64,000 nucleotides of DNA, from positions 711,258 through 775,257 of the forward strand of contig CP011214.1 in assembly GCA_001029755.1 (NCBI GenBank), written 5' to 3'. A program made the translations under genes and the position numbers. Each line of letters opens with the position of its first letter. The stretch's first letter is position 1. Positions 10,594 through 20,027 of this stretch are shown here, one piece after another. The notes beneath the pieces are model-generated. The model did not search any database. It saw only the letters and a program-made list of their open reading frames with translations, and was not told the origin of the DNA. The DNA is from Candidatus Woesebacteria bacterium GW2011_GWF1_31_35. GTDB taxonomy: Bacteria; Patescibacteriota; Microgenomatia; UBA8517.

Positions 10594-11619
10594 ATGACAA
10601 AGGAAATTACTGAACACATTGAAGTTGTTGAGAAACTTTCATATATTAAGGTTTTAACTGAAAAGTTTAACCAAACAACACAAATCGCGGCAATTGCAGC
10701 ATATGAAAAATCAGGTTTAGGAAACAAGGAAGATGCCGACCAAGCAGCTGTTGATGTCATGCGTAGATTATTAAATGGAATGGATATATGTGGGATAATT
10801 GAAGTAGGTGAAGGTGTAAAAGATAAAGCTCCAATGCTATATATAGGTGAATTGGTTGGTTCGGGTAAAGGACCGGGTCTATCTATAGCTGTTGATCCAG
10901 TTGAAGGAACTACTGCAACAGCAAAATTGATGTCTGACGCAGTTTCTGTATTAGCTGTGTCTGAAAGAGGAGGTATTTTAAGACTTCCTCCTGAACTTAT
11001 TTATATGGACAAAATTATAACTGGTCCACAAGCTAAAAATTCTGTTGATATAAATGCTCCTGCAGCAAAAAATTTAAAAAATATTGCAGAAGCATTAGGA
11101 AAGAAAATTTCCGATTTAAGAATTAAGGTACTAGATAGGCCTCGTAATGAAAAATTAATTAGAGATATAAGAGAAACAGGTGCGAAAGTTGCATCAATAG
11201 ATTATGGAGATCTAATGCCAGGAATTGGAACTTGTATACAAGGTTCTGATATCCACGCAGTAATGGGAATTGGTGGTGCTCCTGAGGCAGTATTGATTGC
11301 AGCTGGAGTTCGTTGTCTTAATGGAGGTATTCAAGCTAAACCTTGGACAGATAATAAAGATACTAAAAAAATCCTTGAAGAAAAGGGATTTTTTTTAGAC
11401 AATGTTTATACGGAAAAAGGTCTAGTATTTGGTAATTTAATTATTTTTTGTTCAACCGGTATAACAAAAGGAGAAATACTTGATGGAGTAAGAACTTTTA
11501 AGGGTGGTATTAGAACACACAGTTTAGTTCTTGCAGCTCATAATGGTTATTCATCTGCTAAATTTATCGACGATACTGTTATTACTAACGTAAATGAAAT
11601 TGAATTTAGAAAACAATAA
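10594..11619 (+). CDS. glpX: Fructose-1,6-bisphosphatase class II
   Basis: ADQAAV, GEG.KDKAPMLYIGE, IAVDPVEGT, YMDK, LDRPR, GIGGAPE. Confidence 0.93.
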   Translation: MTKEITEHIEVVEKLSYIKVLTEKFNQTTQIAAIAAYEKSGLGNKEDADQAAVDVMRRLLNGMDICGIIEVGEGVKDKAPMLYIGELVGSGKGPGLSIAVDPVEGTTATAKLMSDAVSVLAVSERGGILRLPPELIYMDKIITGPQAKNSVDINAPAAKNLKNIAEALGKKISDLRIKVLDRPRNEKLIRDIRETGAKVASIDYGDLMPGIGTCIQGSDIHAVMGIGGAPEAVLIAAGVRCLNGGIQAKPWTDNKDTKKILEEKGFFLDNVYTEKGLVFGNLIIFCSTGITKGEILDGVRTFKGGIRTHSLVLAAHNGYSSAKFIDDTVITNVNEIEFRKQ

Positions 11620-11661
11620 TTATTTATTTAATAAAACTAAAAAAAAGAATACATCTGAAAC

Positions 11662-12264
11662 ATGGATAAAGACAAACAAAAAGAAAGAAATTTTTTCTAC
11701 AATACCCCATATATTTCTTTTCCTAAATATCCTAATAAATTAAAATTAGATGATCATGAAGTCTATGATTATATTTGTCCAGAGATAATGAGTGGATTAA
11801 TTGATAACCTATCTAGAAAAATTGATTATTCAAAATTTGATACAGTGCTTGTTAATATGAAGGGTGGAAAATTTTTATATGATGAAATTGTAAAGAGAAA
11901 AAGTGAACCAATAAATCATGATGTGATTGAATATCACCAAGTAAAAGGAGGTTTTGGTGCAATTGTTATTATCCCTGTACCTAGAAACCTGGACGACAAA
12001 AAATGTTTAATAATAGATGATATTTTAGATACAGGGGGAGTTTTTAAAGAAATAATTAAAAATCTCTCTGAGGATTCTCTCTGTGTTGCCCTAGTACAAA
12101 AAATAAATATAAATAATCAAATAGAGATTAAAAATAAAATTGTTGGAACAAGAATTGATAATGTTTGGGTAGGAGGTTGTGGAATGAATCTTGAAACCGA
12201 AGGAGATGGTTTACCTAAAGACTATTTAAGAGAATATTCAGGATTAGTTGCAAAAATACTCTAG
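11662..12264 (+). CDS. Type I phosphoribosyltransferase, divergent HPRT-like
   Basis: MKGG, PRPP loop LIIDDILDTGG, WVGGCGMN resembling FVVGYGLD. Confidence 0.75.
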   Translation: MDKDKQKERNFFYNTPYISFPKYPNKLKLDDHEVYDYICPEIMSGLIDNLSRKIDYSKFDTVLVNMKGGKFLYDEIVKRKSEPINHDVIEYHQVKGGFGAIVIIPVPRNLDDKKCLIIDDILDTGGVFKEIIKNLSEDSLCVALVQKININNQIEIKNKIVGTRIDNVWVGGCGMNLETEGDGLPKDYLREYSGLVAKIL

Positions 12265-12336
12265 TGGGCGCTGTAGGAATCGGACCTACGACCTCTTCGA
12301 TGTGAACGAAGCGCCCTACCACTGGACCAAGCGCCC
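12265..12336 (-). tRNA. tRNA-Val(CAC)
   Basis: Cloverleaf: acceptor GGGCGCT/AGCGCCC, D-loop AGTGGTA, anticodon arm CTTCG-TTCACAT-CGAAG, T-arm GTAGG-TCCGATT-CCTAC, discriminator A; CCA not encoded. Confidence 0.93.
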
Positions 12337-12386
12337 TCTAATTATTAACTTAATAGTTTAACACTTTAATAATTATTTTTATAGAA

Positions 12387-12415
12387 TTGACATCATCTGT
12401 GAAAACTACTAATCT
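12387..12415 (+). promoter_or_regulatory. Putative sigma70 promoter of the guaB-like gene
   Basis: TTGACA-17 bp-TAATCT. Confidence 0.55.
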
Positions 12416-12451
12416 TAAACATGTTGTGTATAAAAGTTATTTTATTAAGGT

Positions 12452-13531
12452 ATGAAAAACATTTTTCCTCTGGCATTATCTTACGACGACGTATTACTTA
12501 TTCCTAAATATTCAAAAATCAGTAGTAGAAACGATATTAATCTTGAAACTAAAATTTCTAAAAGAATTACTTTACAAATTCCTTTAATTTCAGCAAATAT
12601 GAGCGATGTTACTGGTGTTGAAATGGCAATAACTTTAGGAAAATTAGGAGGTCTTGGAGTAATCCCTAGATTTTTGCCTCCTGATGAACAAGCTGAAAAA
12701 ATAAGCTTAATTAAAAAAGGAAAAGTATTAGTTGGAGCCGCAGTTGGAGCCGCAGTTGGAGCTAGAAACGGCATAATTGATAGAGCTGAAAAATTAGTTA
12801 AGGCTGGAGCTGATATTTTATTTATAGATGTAGCTCATGGCCATATGCAAAAAAATTTAGATGCTACAACTAAATTAAAGCAAATATTTGGTAATTTTGT
12901 TGATATTGTTTCTGGTAATGCTGCTACTTATGAAGCGGCAAATGACCTTTTTAAAGCAGGAGCCGATTCAGTTAAAGTGGGTATTGGTCCTGGTTCAATC
13001 TGTACAACAAGAATTGAGACTGGTTCTGGAGTTCCCCAAATAACTGCAATATTAAATTGTGCAAGAGCTGCAAGAAAGTATAAAAAATATATCATTGCAG
13101 ATGGTGGTGTAAAAACTTCAGGTGATATTGTAAAAGGTTTGGCAGCTGGGGCATCAGCCATAATGGCAGGTAGTATTTTTGCAGGAAGTGATGAAGCTCC
13201 AGGAAAACTAGTTATTAAGGATGGAAAAAAGTTTAAAGTTTATAATGCTTCAACTTCTTTAACTGAAAAAGTAAATCATTCCAAATTAAATAAAGATGAA
13301 GTTGAAATTCACTATATAAAACAAATTGAAGGTGTTGAGTCAATTGTTCCTTATAAAGGATCTCTAAAAAATATTATTGAAAGAATAACTGCTAATTTAA
13401 GATCTGGTTTTAGCTATTCAGGAGCAAAAGACATTAATTATCTTTGGAAAAATAGTTCATTTGTACAGATAACACCACAGGGTCTAAGAGAAAGTGGTGC
13501 ACACGATGTGCTACTGTACAACACCAATTAA
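12452..13531 (+). CDS. guaB: IMP dehydrogenase / GMP reductase family, CBS-less
   Basis: SYDDVLLIP, DVAHGH, GIGPGSICTTR catalytic Cys loop, IIADGG; atypical flap leaves reaction direction uncertain. Confidence 0.8.
   Translation: MKNIFPLALSYDDVLLIPKYSKISSRNDINLETKISKRITLQIPLISANMSDVTGVEMAITLGKLGGLGVIPRFLPPDEQAEKISLIKKGKVLVGAAVGAAVGARNGIIDRAEKLVKAGADILFIDVAHGHMQKNLDATTKLKQIFGNFVDIVSGNAATYEAANDLFKAGADSVKVGIGPGSICTTRIETGSGVPQITAILNCARAARKYKKYIIADGGVKTSGDIVKGLAAGASAIMAGSIFAGSDEAPGKLVIKDGKKFKVYNASTSLTEKVNHSKLNKDEVEIHYIKQIEGVESIVPYKGSLKNIIERITANLRSGFSYSGAKDINYLWKNSSFVQITPQGLRESGAHDVLLYNTN
12731..12762 (+). repeat. 12-bp perfect tandem repeat (GTTGGAGCCGCA x2.7)
   Basis: Read directly; encodes VGAAVGAAVGA. 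Confidence 0.9.
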
Positions 13532-13551
13532 CTTCTCTTATAATGATTAGT

Positions 13552-14094
13552 ATGCTAAAACGTTTAGGAGCATTTTTTTTAGACATTTTAGAAGTTGTTG
13601 TTTTGGCTGTAGGAATTTTTTTAATAGTTTATTTATTAATCTTAAGACCTCATAAAATTAAGGGTGCTTCAATGGAACCTAATTTTCCTGACGGAGAGTA
13701 TTTACTAACCGAGAAAGTAAGTTATTATACAAAAGAACCACAAAGAGGAGATGTAATTGTTTTTAAACCCCCTATTTCAGAGGATGAATTTATAAAAAGA
13801 ATAATTGGTCTTCCTGGGGAAACGGTTTCCATTCAAAATGGTAAATTTTTGATTAACGACAAAGAGTTAGATGAACCTTACATTAAGGTAGATACGAATT
13901 CTGGAGGATTTTTAAAAGAAGGTGAAAAATATTTAGTGCCAAGTGGAGAATATTTTGTTGCTGGAGATAATAGACCTCATTCATCTGATTCCAGAATTTG
14001 GGGACCCATTAATAAAAAGGTAATAACCGGTAAGGCTTGGGTTGTTTATTGGCCACCAAAATCTACAGGTCTAGTTCAAATGCCTAATTATTAA
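13552..14094 (+). CDS. lepB: Signal peptidase I
   Basis: GASMEPN (Ser), FIKRIIGLPGE (Lys), GDNR..SSDSR; ATG 13552 is 7 nt after TATAAT. Confidence 0.95.
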   Translation: MLKRLGAFFLDILEVVVLAVGIFLIVYLLILRPHKIKGASMEPNFPDGEYLLTEKVSYYTKEPQRGDVIVFKPPISEDEFIKRIIGLPGETVSIQNGKFLINDKELDEPYIKVDTNSGGFLKEGEKYLVPSGEYFVAGDNRPHSSDSRIWGPINKKVITGKAWVVYWPPKSTGLVQMPNY

Positions 14095-14101
14095 GCTTTT
14101 T

Positions 14102-14914
14102 TTAAGAAGTAATTGCTTTGTAGATTAATTGAAGAGTATTTTCTGTCTCATCTAAAGATCCTTTTAATATAAATGTAATTCTTGTTTCTCTTCTACTTCT
14201 AGCAAGTCTTACTTGTTGACCACCTAAGGCTTTCTCAAAACCTTCTTTCATATTATCAATCTCATCAGAAACTACATGCATTTTAGGTAAATTCATTTTT
14301 GGTTTTTGATCAGCTTGTGATTTCATACGTCTTGCAAGTTCTTCAGCACGTCTTACTGAGCCTGATTCACGAAGAATTATTTTATAAGCTTCAACCATTA
14401 AATTGGTATCGTCAATTGCTGCTAATGCCCTTGCATGACCTTCAGAGATAAGCCCAGAAAGAAGTCCATCTTTTAATGCATCTGGTAAGGTTAGGAGCCT
14501 TAAAGAATTAGACACATAAGCTACGGATTTTCCAATTCTAACTGCTACTTCTGAAGTAGTTAAACCAAACTCATCCATTAATCTTTCAAATCCCTTGGCC
14601 CTGTCAAGTGCATTAAGATCGACTCTTTGCACATTTTCAACAATTGCCATTTCAAGCATTCCTTTAGGTGTAGTTTCTCTAATAATTACTGGAACATGGG
14701 TTAAACCAGCTAATTTTGAAGCTCTCCAACGTCTTTCACCCGCAATTATTTGGAACCCTGCTGGAGTTTTGGCAATTACTAAAGGCTCCAAAATTCCATG
14801 TTCTCTTATAGAATCTACTAAATCTACTAGACTTTCAGGAGTGATTGCGCCACGAGGTTGAAGAGGATTTGGTTGGAGTTGATTAATATCTAATTGAATT
14901 ATTTCTTCAGCCAT
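14102..14914 (-). CDS. parB: ParB/Spo0J partition protein
   Basis: PNPLQPR, GILEPL, IIAGERRWRA, ENVQR, HTH, SEGHARAL. Confidence 0.95.
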   Translation of the reverse strand: MAEEIIQLDINQLQPNPLQPRGAITPESLVDLVDSIREHGILEPLVIAKTPAGFQIIAGERRWRASKLAGLTHVPVIIRETTPKGMLEMAIVENVQRVDLNALDRAKGFERLMDEFGLTTSEVAVRIGKSVAYVSNSLRLLTLPDALKDGLLSGLISEGHARALAAIDDTNLMVEAYKIILRESGSVRRAEELARRMKSQADQKPKMNLPKMHVVSDEIDNMKEGFEKALGGQQVRLARSRRETRITFILKGSLDETENTLQLIYKAITS

Positions 14915-14915
14915 T

Positions 14916-15167
14916 TTATTTTATAATTATATTTACAATTTTCTTACCTAATTTTGTAGAAAACTTAACCACACCACCAACAACTGCGTAAAGTGTGTGA
15001 TCCCTACTCACTTTTACATTCTTACCAGCTCCAATTTTAGTTCCGTTCTGTCTTATTAAGACTTCTCCAGCAGTAACTTTTTGCATGCCTGATACTTTTG
15101 TACCAAGTCTTTTACCTTTTGGACTAACATGTTGTTTAGCTTTTCCAGCTGCTTTATGAGTTGACAT
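14916..15167 (-). CDS. rpmA: 50S ribosomal protein L27
   Basis: HKAAG...KRLGTK...IRQ.GTK..G.NV...RDHTLYA. Confidence 0.95.
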   Translation of the reverse strand: MSTHKAAGKAKQHVSPKGKRLGTKVSGMQKVTAGEVLIRQNGTKIGAGKNVKVSRDHTLYAVVGGVVKFSTKLGKKIVNIIIK

Positions 15168-15178
15168 ATCTAGATGAC

Positions 15179-15207
15179 AATATAATGTATGTTTTCACAG
15201 TTGTCAA
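15179..15207 (-). promoter_or_regulatory. sigma70 promoter of rpmA-parB
   Basis: TTGACA-17 bp-TATATT, 11 nt before the ATG. Confidence 0.7.
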
Positions 15208-15235
15208 GTGACCAGAAAGATACTGATTGTATTAT

Positions 15236-15466
15236 TTAGTTATAACAAACTGTTGGTTTAGAATGGTTTGTTCCCCATTTCCGATCAGGTTCATCAAGTA
15301 ATAGATAGGCCATTTCAAAAAGTTCATCACTAATTTTTTTATGTTTAATTTTCTCATCTATACTTAAAATTTTAGAATTCTTAGTATCTTTATATATCAT
15401 CATTAAACCATTAATTGCAGCCAAATTACCAAGTTTAATATCTAATCTGTCTGCTTCTTTTTCCAT
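15236..15466 (-). CDS. Hypothetical protein between rplU and rpmA
   Basis: 76-aa ORF co-oriented with rplU; no recognised motif. Confidence 0.55.
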   Translation of the reverse strand: MEKEADRLDIKLGNLAAINGLMMIYKDTKNSKILSIDEKIKHKKISDELFEMAYLLLDEPDRKWGTNHSKPTVCYN

Positions 15467-15480
15467 ATAAATATTATTAA

Positions 15481-15789
15481 TTAGGAGATTTTTTCGATCA
15501 GAAGTCTTGTATATTGAGGTCTAAAACCAATGTGTTTTCTCTCACGTGACTTGGCTTTATATTTAAACACTCTAATTTTCTCTCCTTTTTCAAGTTCAAT
15601 TAAAACTTTTACCTTTACTTTAATTTTAGTTAAAACTGGAGTTCCAATCTCAACCTTTTCTCCATCTACAAAAAGCAAAACTTCAGGATCTATTTTTGTT
15701 AAATCAGAAAGTTTATCCACTAAAATTTCTTCTCCTTCAGAGACTCTATATTGTTTTCCACCGATTCGAATAACTACAAATTTATCCAT
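15481..15789 (-). CDS. rplU: 50S ribosomal protein L21
   Basis: GGKQYRVSEG, KI.VFKYK.K...GFRPQYT. Confidence 0.95.
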   Translation of the reverse strand: MDKFVVIRIGGKQYRVSEGEEILVDKLSDLTKIDPEVLLFVDGEKVEIGTPVLTKIKVKVKVLIELEKGEKIRVFKYKAKSRERKHIGFRPQYTRLLIEKIS

Positions 15790-15838
15790 ACGTGTTGTAT
15801 TTTATGTTTTTATACAATAAAATACAAGCAATAAATTT

Positions 15839-16063
15839 ATGCATAAAGAAAAAAATGAATCTCAATTAAGAATACCAACAACTTTTACTGTTTCAATGAC
15901 CCGAACAGAAGCATTTAATCGAATTCAAGCAGTAATGTCAGTTGATGGAATAGAATTTAAAATGTTGGGTCTAACCGATAATAATAGAGTAATAGAAGCA
16001 ACTTTAGTAAAAACTGAGCAAGGTTTAAAGGCCTTCAATAAACTGCTCCAAGAACTTAAGTAA
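15839..16063 (+). CDS. Small hypothetical protein
   Basis: 74-aa ORF filling the gap between rplU and rodA. Confidence 0.55.
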   Translation: MHKEKNESQLRIPTTFTVSMTRTEAFNRIQAVMSVDGIEFKMLGLTDNNRVIEATLVKTEQGLKAFNKLLQELK

Positions 16064-16081
16064 ATATATTTAAAAAAAATA

Positions 16082-17110
16082 TCATCTTTTAGTTCCCACA
16101 ACTATTCCAAGAGCAGTCATTGTAGCAAGGAGAGATGAACCTCCCGCCGAAACTAATGGATAGGGAACACCTGTAATTGGAAGTAGCCCCATGTTCATAC
16201 CTACATGAATCACAACTTGTGCAAAAAGAGTTAAGAAAAGTCCTGCAAGAAAAGCTCTAGCTGGAATATTTATTGCTTTTTCTGTATATGAAATTATCCT
16301 AATAAAAATAAAAACTGTTAAAATTAACAATATTATTGCTCCAATAAAGCCCATCTCTTCTGAAACAGATGCAAAGATAAAATCTGTTTGTCTTTCAGGA
16401 AGAAATAAAAGCTGGGTACCAACTCCCCTACCAAGTCCCCTTCCAAATAATTTTCCGGAACCTACTGAAATTGTTGATTGAATGGCATTGTATCCTTCAC
16501 CCAATGGATCTTTGGAAGGATCTAAAAATGAAGTGATTCTTTGTTTTTGATAAGGAGCAAGAAACATAAAAATTATTGGGATCAATGCAAATACGGAAAT
16601 AATTAATAATAAAATGCTTTTTTTATTTATATCAGCTGACAAAAATATTCCAAAAAATCCAATTGCTGTTAATGCTGTCACACCAAGCGATGGTTGGACC
16701 AAAATTAAAAATAAAGGTAAAATCATTAGAAGAATTGCTTTAACAATTCTTTTTATATCCAATTTTTTTTCTGTTAAGTAATTGGCAAAGAAAACTAAAA
16801 GAAATGGTCTTACAATTTCTGATGGTTGAATTGAAAGAGATCCTATTGGAATCCATCTAACCGTTCCTCTTGTCACTTGACCTATTATTAAAGTTATTAA
16901 AAGTAAAACTATACTTCCAATATAAAAAAATTTACTAAAAGCAGAAACTACTTCAAAATCGAAAAGTGAGAAAAACAAAAAAGCTACAATTCCAAAAATA
17001 AAATACCAGTAATATGAAGGAAAGATTGCGGGACTTATCGAATTTAAAACGAAAATGCTAAACAATAAGGTTAAAAATATTGGAAAGACTAAAAGTCCAT
17101 CAAATTTCAT
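16082..17110 (-). CDS. rodA: Rod shape-determining protein RodA (SEDS)
   Basis: RWI..QPSE, YQKQRI, GYN.IQS..SVGSG, LPERQTDFIF, PITGVPYPLVSAGGS. Confidence 0.9.
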   Translation of the reverse strand: MKFDGLLVFPIFLTLLFSIFVLNSISPAIFPSYYWYFIFGIVAFLFFSLFDFEVVSAFSKFFYIGSIVLLLITLIIGQVTRGTVRWIPIGSLSIQPSEIVRPFLLVFFANYLTEKKLDIKRIVKAILLMILPLFLILVQPSLGVTALTAIGFFGIFLSADINKKSILLLIISVFALIPIIFMFLAPYQKQRITSFLDPSKDPLGEGYNAIQSTISVGSGKLFGRGLGRGVGTQLLFLPERQTDFIFASVSEEMGFIGAIILLILTVFIFIRIISYTEKAINIPARAFLAGLFLTLFAQVVIHVGMNMGLLPITGVPYPLVSAGGSSLLATMTALGIVVGTKR

Positions 17111-19961
17111 CTTCTAATGATATACCAAATTCTCCTTTAACAATCTTATTAATAAGTGTCTTTTCAATAACCCATTTTTTAAGATTATCTGTTTTTGGCA
17201 TCCATGGTGAAGATAAATTGACTTTATTATCTATTTGAACTCCTAGTTCTTTTCTAGCAGCTTGAATTTTTCTTATTAAATCTCTTGTATCAGCTTCCTC
17301 TTTTAGTTCTGGTGTAATTAAAAGATCTAATTTGTTTATTTTTTCACCCCAAGAAATTGACTTAATATTTAGTTCATCCAAAATTAATTTTTCAAGCCCG
17401 TTAATTTCCAATTTATTATTTTTAATTTTTAAATTATTTAAAGGTTGTCTTACAGGAATATTATTTTCTTTTCTTAAATAATGTCCTAATTCAACTATTT
17501 CTCGTACAATTTGCATTTCTCGTATTAATTTCTTATCACTTGGTTTTTCTTTTTTATTTAACTTAGGCCATACTGCTAGATGCACTGATTCTTCTTTTAT
17601 TAAATTTACATATATTACTTCTGCTAAAAATGGTGTAAATGGGGCAAGAAGCTTACATAAAGTTATCAAAACATGATGAGTAGTACTAAAAAAATCTGAA
17701 TTTTTACGATCTCTTGACCTTCTTATATACCACAAGGATAAATCATCAACAAACTTTTCAATCTCAGAGCTTGCGTTATAGGCACTAAATAATTCCAAAC
17801 TATTGGTTACTTCCTGAATTGTTTCATCTAATCTAATTAAAATCCATTTGTCTAATACATTTTCAGAAGATATATTTTTAATTGGTTTCCACTTATCTGT
17901 ATTTGCATAAGTTACAAAAAAATTATAAATATTCCAAAGTTTTAAGTGAAACTGTCGCCTTGTTTCATCAGCTAATTTATAACCAAATAATAAATTTTGA
18001 GAAGGATCTTGTCTAACAAACATCCATCTCATAACATCAGCTCCAATTTTATCAGCAGCTTCATTAAATTCAATTGCATTACCCCATGATTTATGCATAG
18101 CTCTTCCATCTTCACCCAAAGCCGTTGCATAACCTAAAACCTTTTTAAATGGATTTGTGTCTTCTAAAACTGTACTCATGGCAATCATTGAATAAAACCA
18201 GTTTTTAAACTGACCTGGAAAACTTTCAGTTATAAAATCAATTGGATACCATCTTTCCCATTCTTTTCTATCTATAAGATATAAAGGTTTAGATTTATTG
18301 TCTTTAGAAATTGTAGAGAATGGCACAATTCCAGCGTCAAGCCAAGGATTTCCTACAGGCTCAATTCTTGAAACAATCTCCCCACATTTTGAACATTTAA
18401 TTTTTACCTCATCTATTTGTGGTTTATGGGGTGATTTACCATCAAACTTATCCCACCCTAAAACAGCTTTTTCTTTTAGTTCTTCTTTACTACCTAAAAC
18501 ATCAAAATTACCACATTTGGTGCATTCCCAAATAGGAAGAGCTAATCCCCAATATCTATTTTTCTTACTTATAAGCCAATCATGCATGTTGTCAAGCCAG
18601 TCGATTTCTCTCTTTAATCCAAACTCTGGAATCCAACTAATTTTGTTTGTTACCTTCTTCATTCTTTCACGAAGTGTTGGCTTACCTTGATCCATAGATA
18701 TATACCATTCATCTGTAACCTTCCAAACAAGCTCTGTCTTGCATCTCCAACAAGCTGGATATCTATGTGTATATTTTTCAATCTTAAATACAAACTTTTT
18801 TTCTTCCATATAATCTAAGATAAGTCTTGGATTCTTTTTTGCATTTTGTCCACTTAAAAAATCAAAACCCTGAATATATGAAGCGTCATCATTTATTACA
18901 GGGATCATTGGAAGACCTAATTCTTTACCTAGTTTAAAATCTTCAGTTCCAGCAGAAACAGCGGTGTGCACCATACCCGTACCCTCTGTTGTGGTAATTG
19001 GCATTATTAAATCATTTGTTGCAATAACTATGTGAAATTTATCTGAAGATTTAGAAACTTCTGCTACTGCAGGTAGATTGTCAAAAGCACCTGAATATTT
19101 TAATCCTACCAGTTCTTTACCTTTGACTTTTTTAATTTCTTTGTATTCATGTCCTACTAATATCCTTTCTTTTGCTTCGTCTGCTAACCAATACCTAAGA
19201 CCATCAACTTCTACTAAAACATAATCGATTTTTTTATCTACAGCAACCGCAATATTTGCAGGTATTGTCCAAGGAGTTGTTGTCCAAACTAATAAATTCT
19301 CATCTGTTCCATCGATTGGAAACCTCATATAAATAGATTCATGAGTTGATTCTTTATAGTCTTCAGTTAACATCTCATGCTGGCTAATTGCAGTCTCACA
19401 TCTAGGACACCATGGTACAGAATCCTTACCTTTATAAAGCCAACCATTTTTATGGCAAACTGAAAGAAAATGCCAAATCATATAATTATTATCATCAGAC
19501 ATTGTGTAATATGAATTATCCCAATCAGCAAAATAACCTAGACGCTTACTTTGCTCAGTTTGAATAGCAGAATACTTTTTAACTCTTTCTTTACAAAGTT
19601 CTACAAATTTATCCACTCCAAATTTTTCAATATCCTTTTTATTCTTAAATCCAAGTTCCTTTTCTACTTCTACTTCAACCCAAAGACCTTGACAATCAAA
19701 CCCATTTTGATGTCTTTGTTTAAATCCTTGCATATTTTTAAAGCGAGGCCATAAATCTTTATAAGTCCTTCCCCATGCATGATGTACCCCCATTGGATTA
19801 TTTGCAGTTATTGGACCATCTTGGAAAGAAAAATATTCTTTTGAATCTTTATTTATATCTAAATATTTGTCAACAATACCATTTTTATACCAACGACTAA
19901 GCAGTTCTTTTTCAAGAACTATGAAATCAACTTTAGGATCTACTGGGTCGAAATAGGCCAT
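17100..19961 (-). CDS. ileS: Isoleucyl-tRNA synthetase, type 2-like
   Basis: DGP..ANN, GFDCQGL, WTTTPWT editing motif, YP.CWRC, DWLISK; signatures GVHH and AMHKS. Confidence 0.95.
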   Translation of the reverse strand: MAYFDPVDPKVDFIVLEKELLSRWYKNGIVDKYLDINKDSKEYFSFQDGPITANNPMGVHHAWGRTYKDLWPRFKNMQGFKQRHQNGFDCQGLWVEVEVEKELGFKNKKDIEKFGVDKFVELCKERVKKYSAIQTEQSKRLGYFADWDNSYYTMSDDNNYMIWHFLSVCHKNGWLYKGKDSVPWCPRCETAISQHEMLTEDYKESTHESIYMRFPIDGTDENLLVWTTTPWTIPANIAVAVDKKIDYVLVEVDGLRYWLADEAKERILVGHEYKEIKKVKGKELVGLKYSGAFDNLPAVAEVSKSSDKFHIVIATNDLIMPITTTEGTGMVHTAVSAGTEDFKLGKELGLPMIPVINDDASYIQGFDFLSGQNAKKNPRLILDYMEEKKFVFKIEKYTHRYPACWRCKTELVWKVTDEWYISMDQGKPTLRERMKKVTNKISWIPEFGLKREIDWLDNMHDWLISKKNRYWGLALPIWECTKCGNFDVLGSKEELKEKAVLGWDKFDGKSPHKPQIDEVKIKCSKCGEIVSRIEPVGNPWLDAGIVPFSTISKDNKSKPLYLIDRKEWERWYPIDFITESFPGQFKNWFYSMIAMSTVLEDTNPFKKVLGYATALGEDGRAMHKSWGNAIEFNEAADKIGADVMRWMFVRQDPSQNLLFGYKLADETRRQFHLKLWNIYNFFVTYANTDKWKPIKNISSENVLDKWILIRLDETIQEVTNSLELFSAYNASSEIEKFVDDLSLWYIRRSRDRKNSDFFSTTHHVLITLCKLLAPFTPFLAEVIYVNLIKEESVHLAVWPKLNKKEKPSDKKLIREMQIVREIVELGHYLRKENNIPVRQPLNNLKIKNNKLEINGLEKLILDELNIKSISWGEKINKLDLLITPELKEEADTRDLIRKIQAARKELGVQIDNKVNLSSPWMPKTDNLKKWVIEKTLINKIVKGEFGISLEDEI

Positions 19962-20027
19962 GAAGCTATTTTACAACAGAAATCTAAAGTTTGCTCTAGA
20001 TATCTTTGAATTAGAATTTATTTGAGG

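Noticed and set aside
12265-12336. tRNA as an integration site for an island
   Set aside because: No duplicate of the tRNA 3' end and no integrase noticed in the window.
15236-15466. Prp ribosomal-processing protease
   Set aside because: No GHA or catalytic Cys motif, and L27 has no cleavable extension.
15542-15549. TCACGTGA near parB as a parS site
   Set aside because: Only the central 8 bp match; flanks do not fit TGTTTCACGTGAAACA and it lies within rplU.
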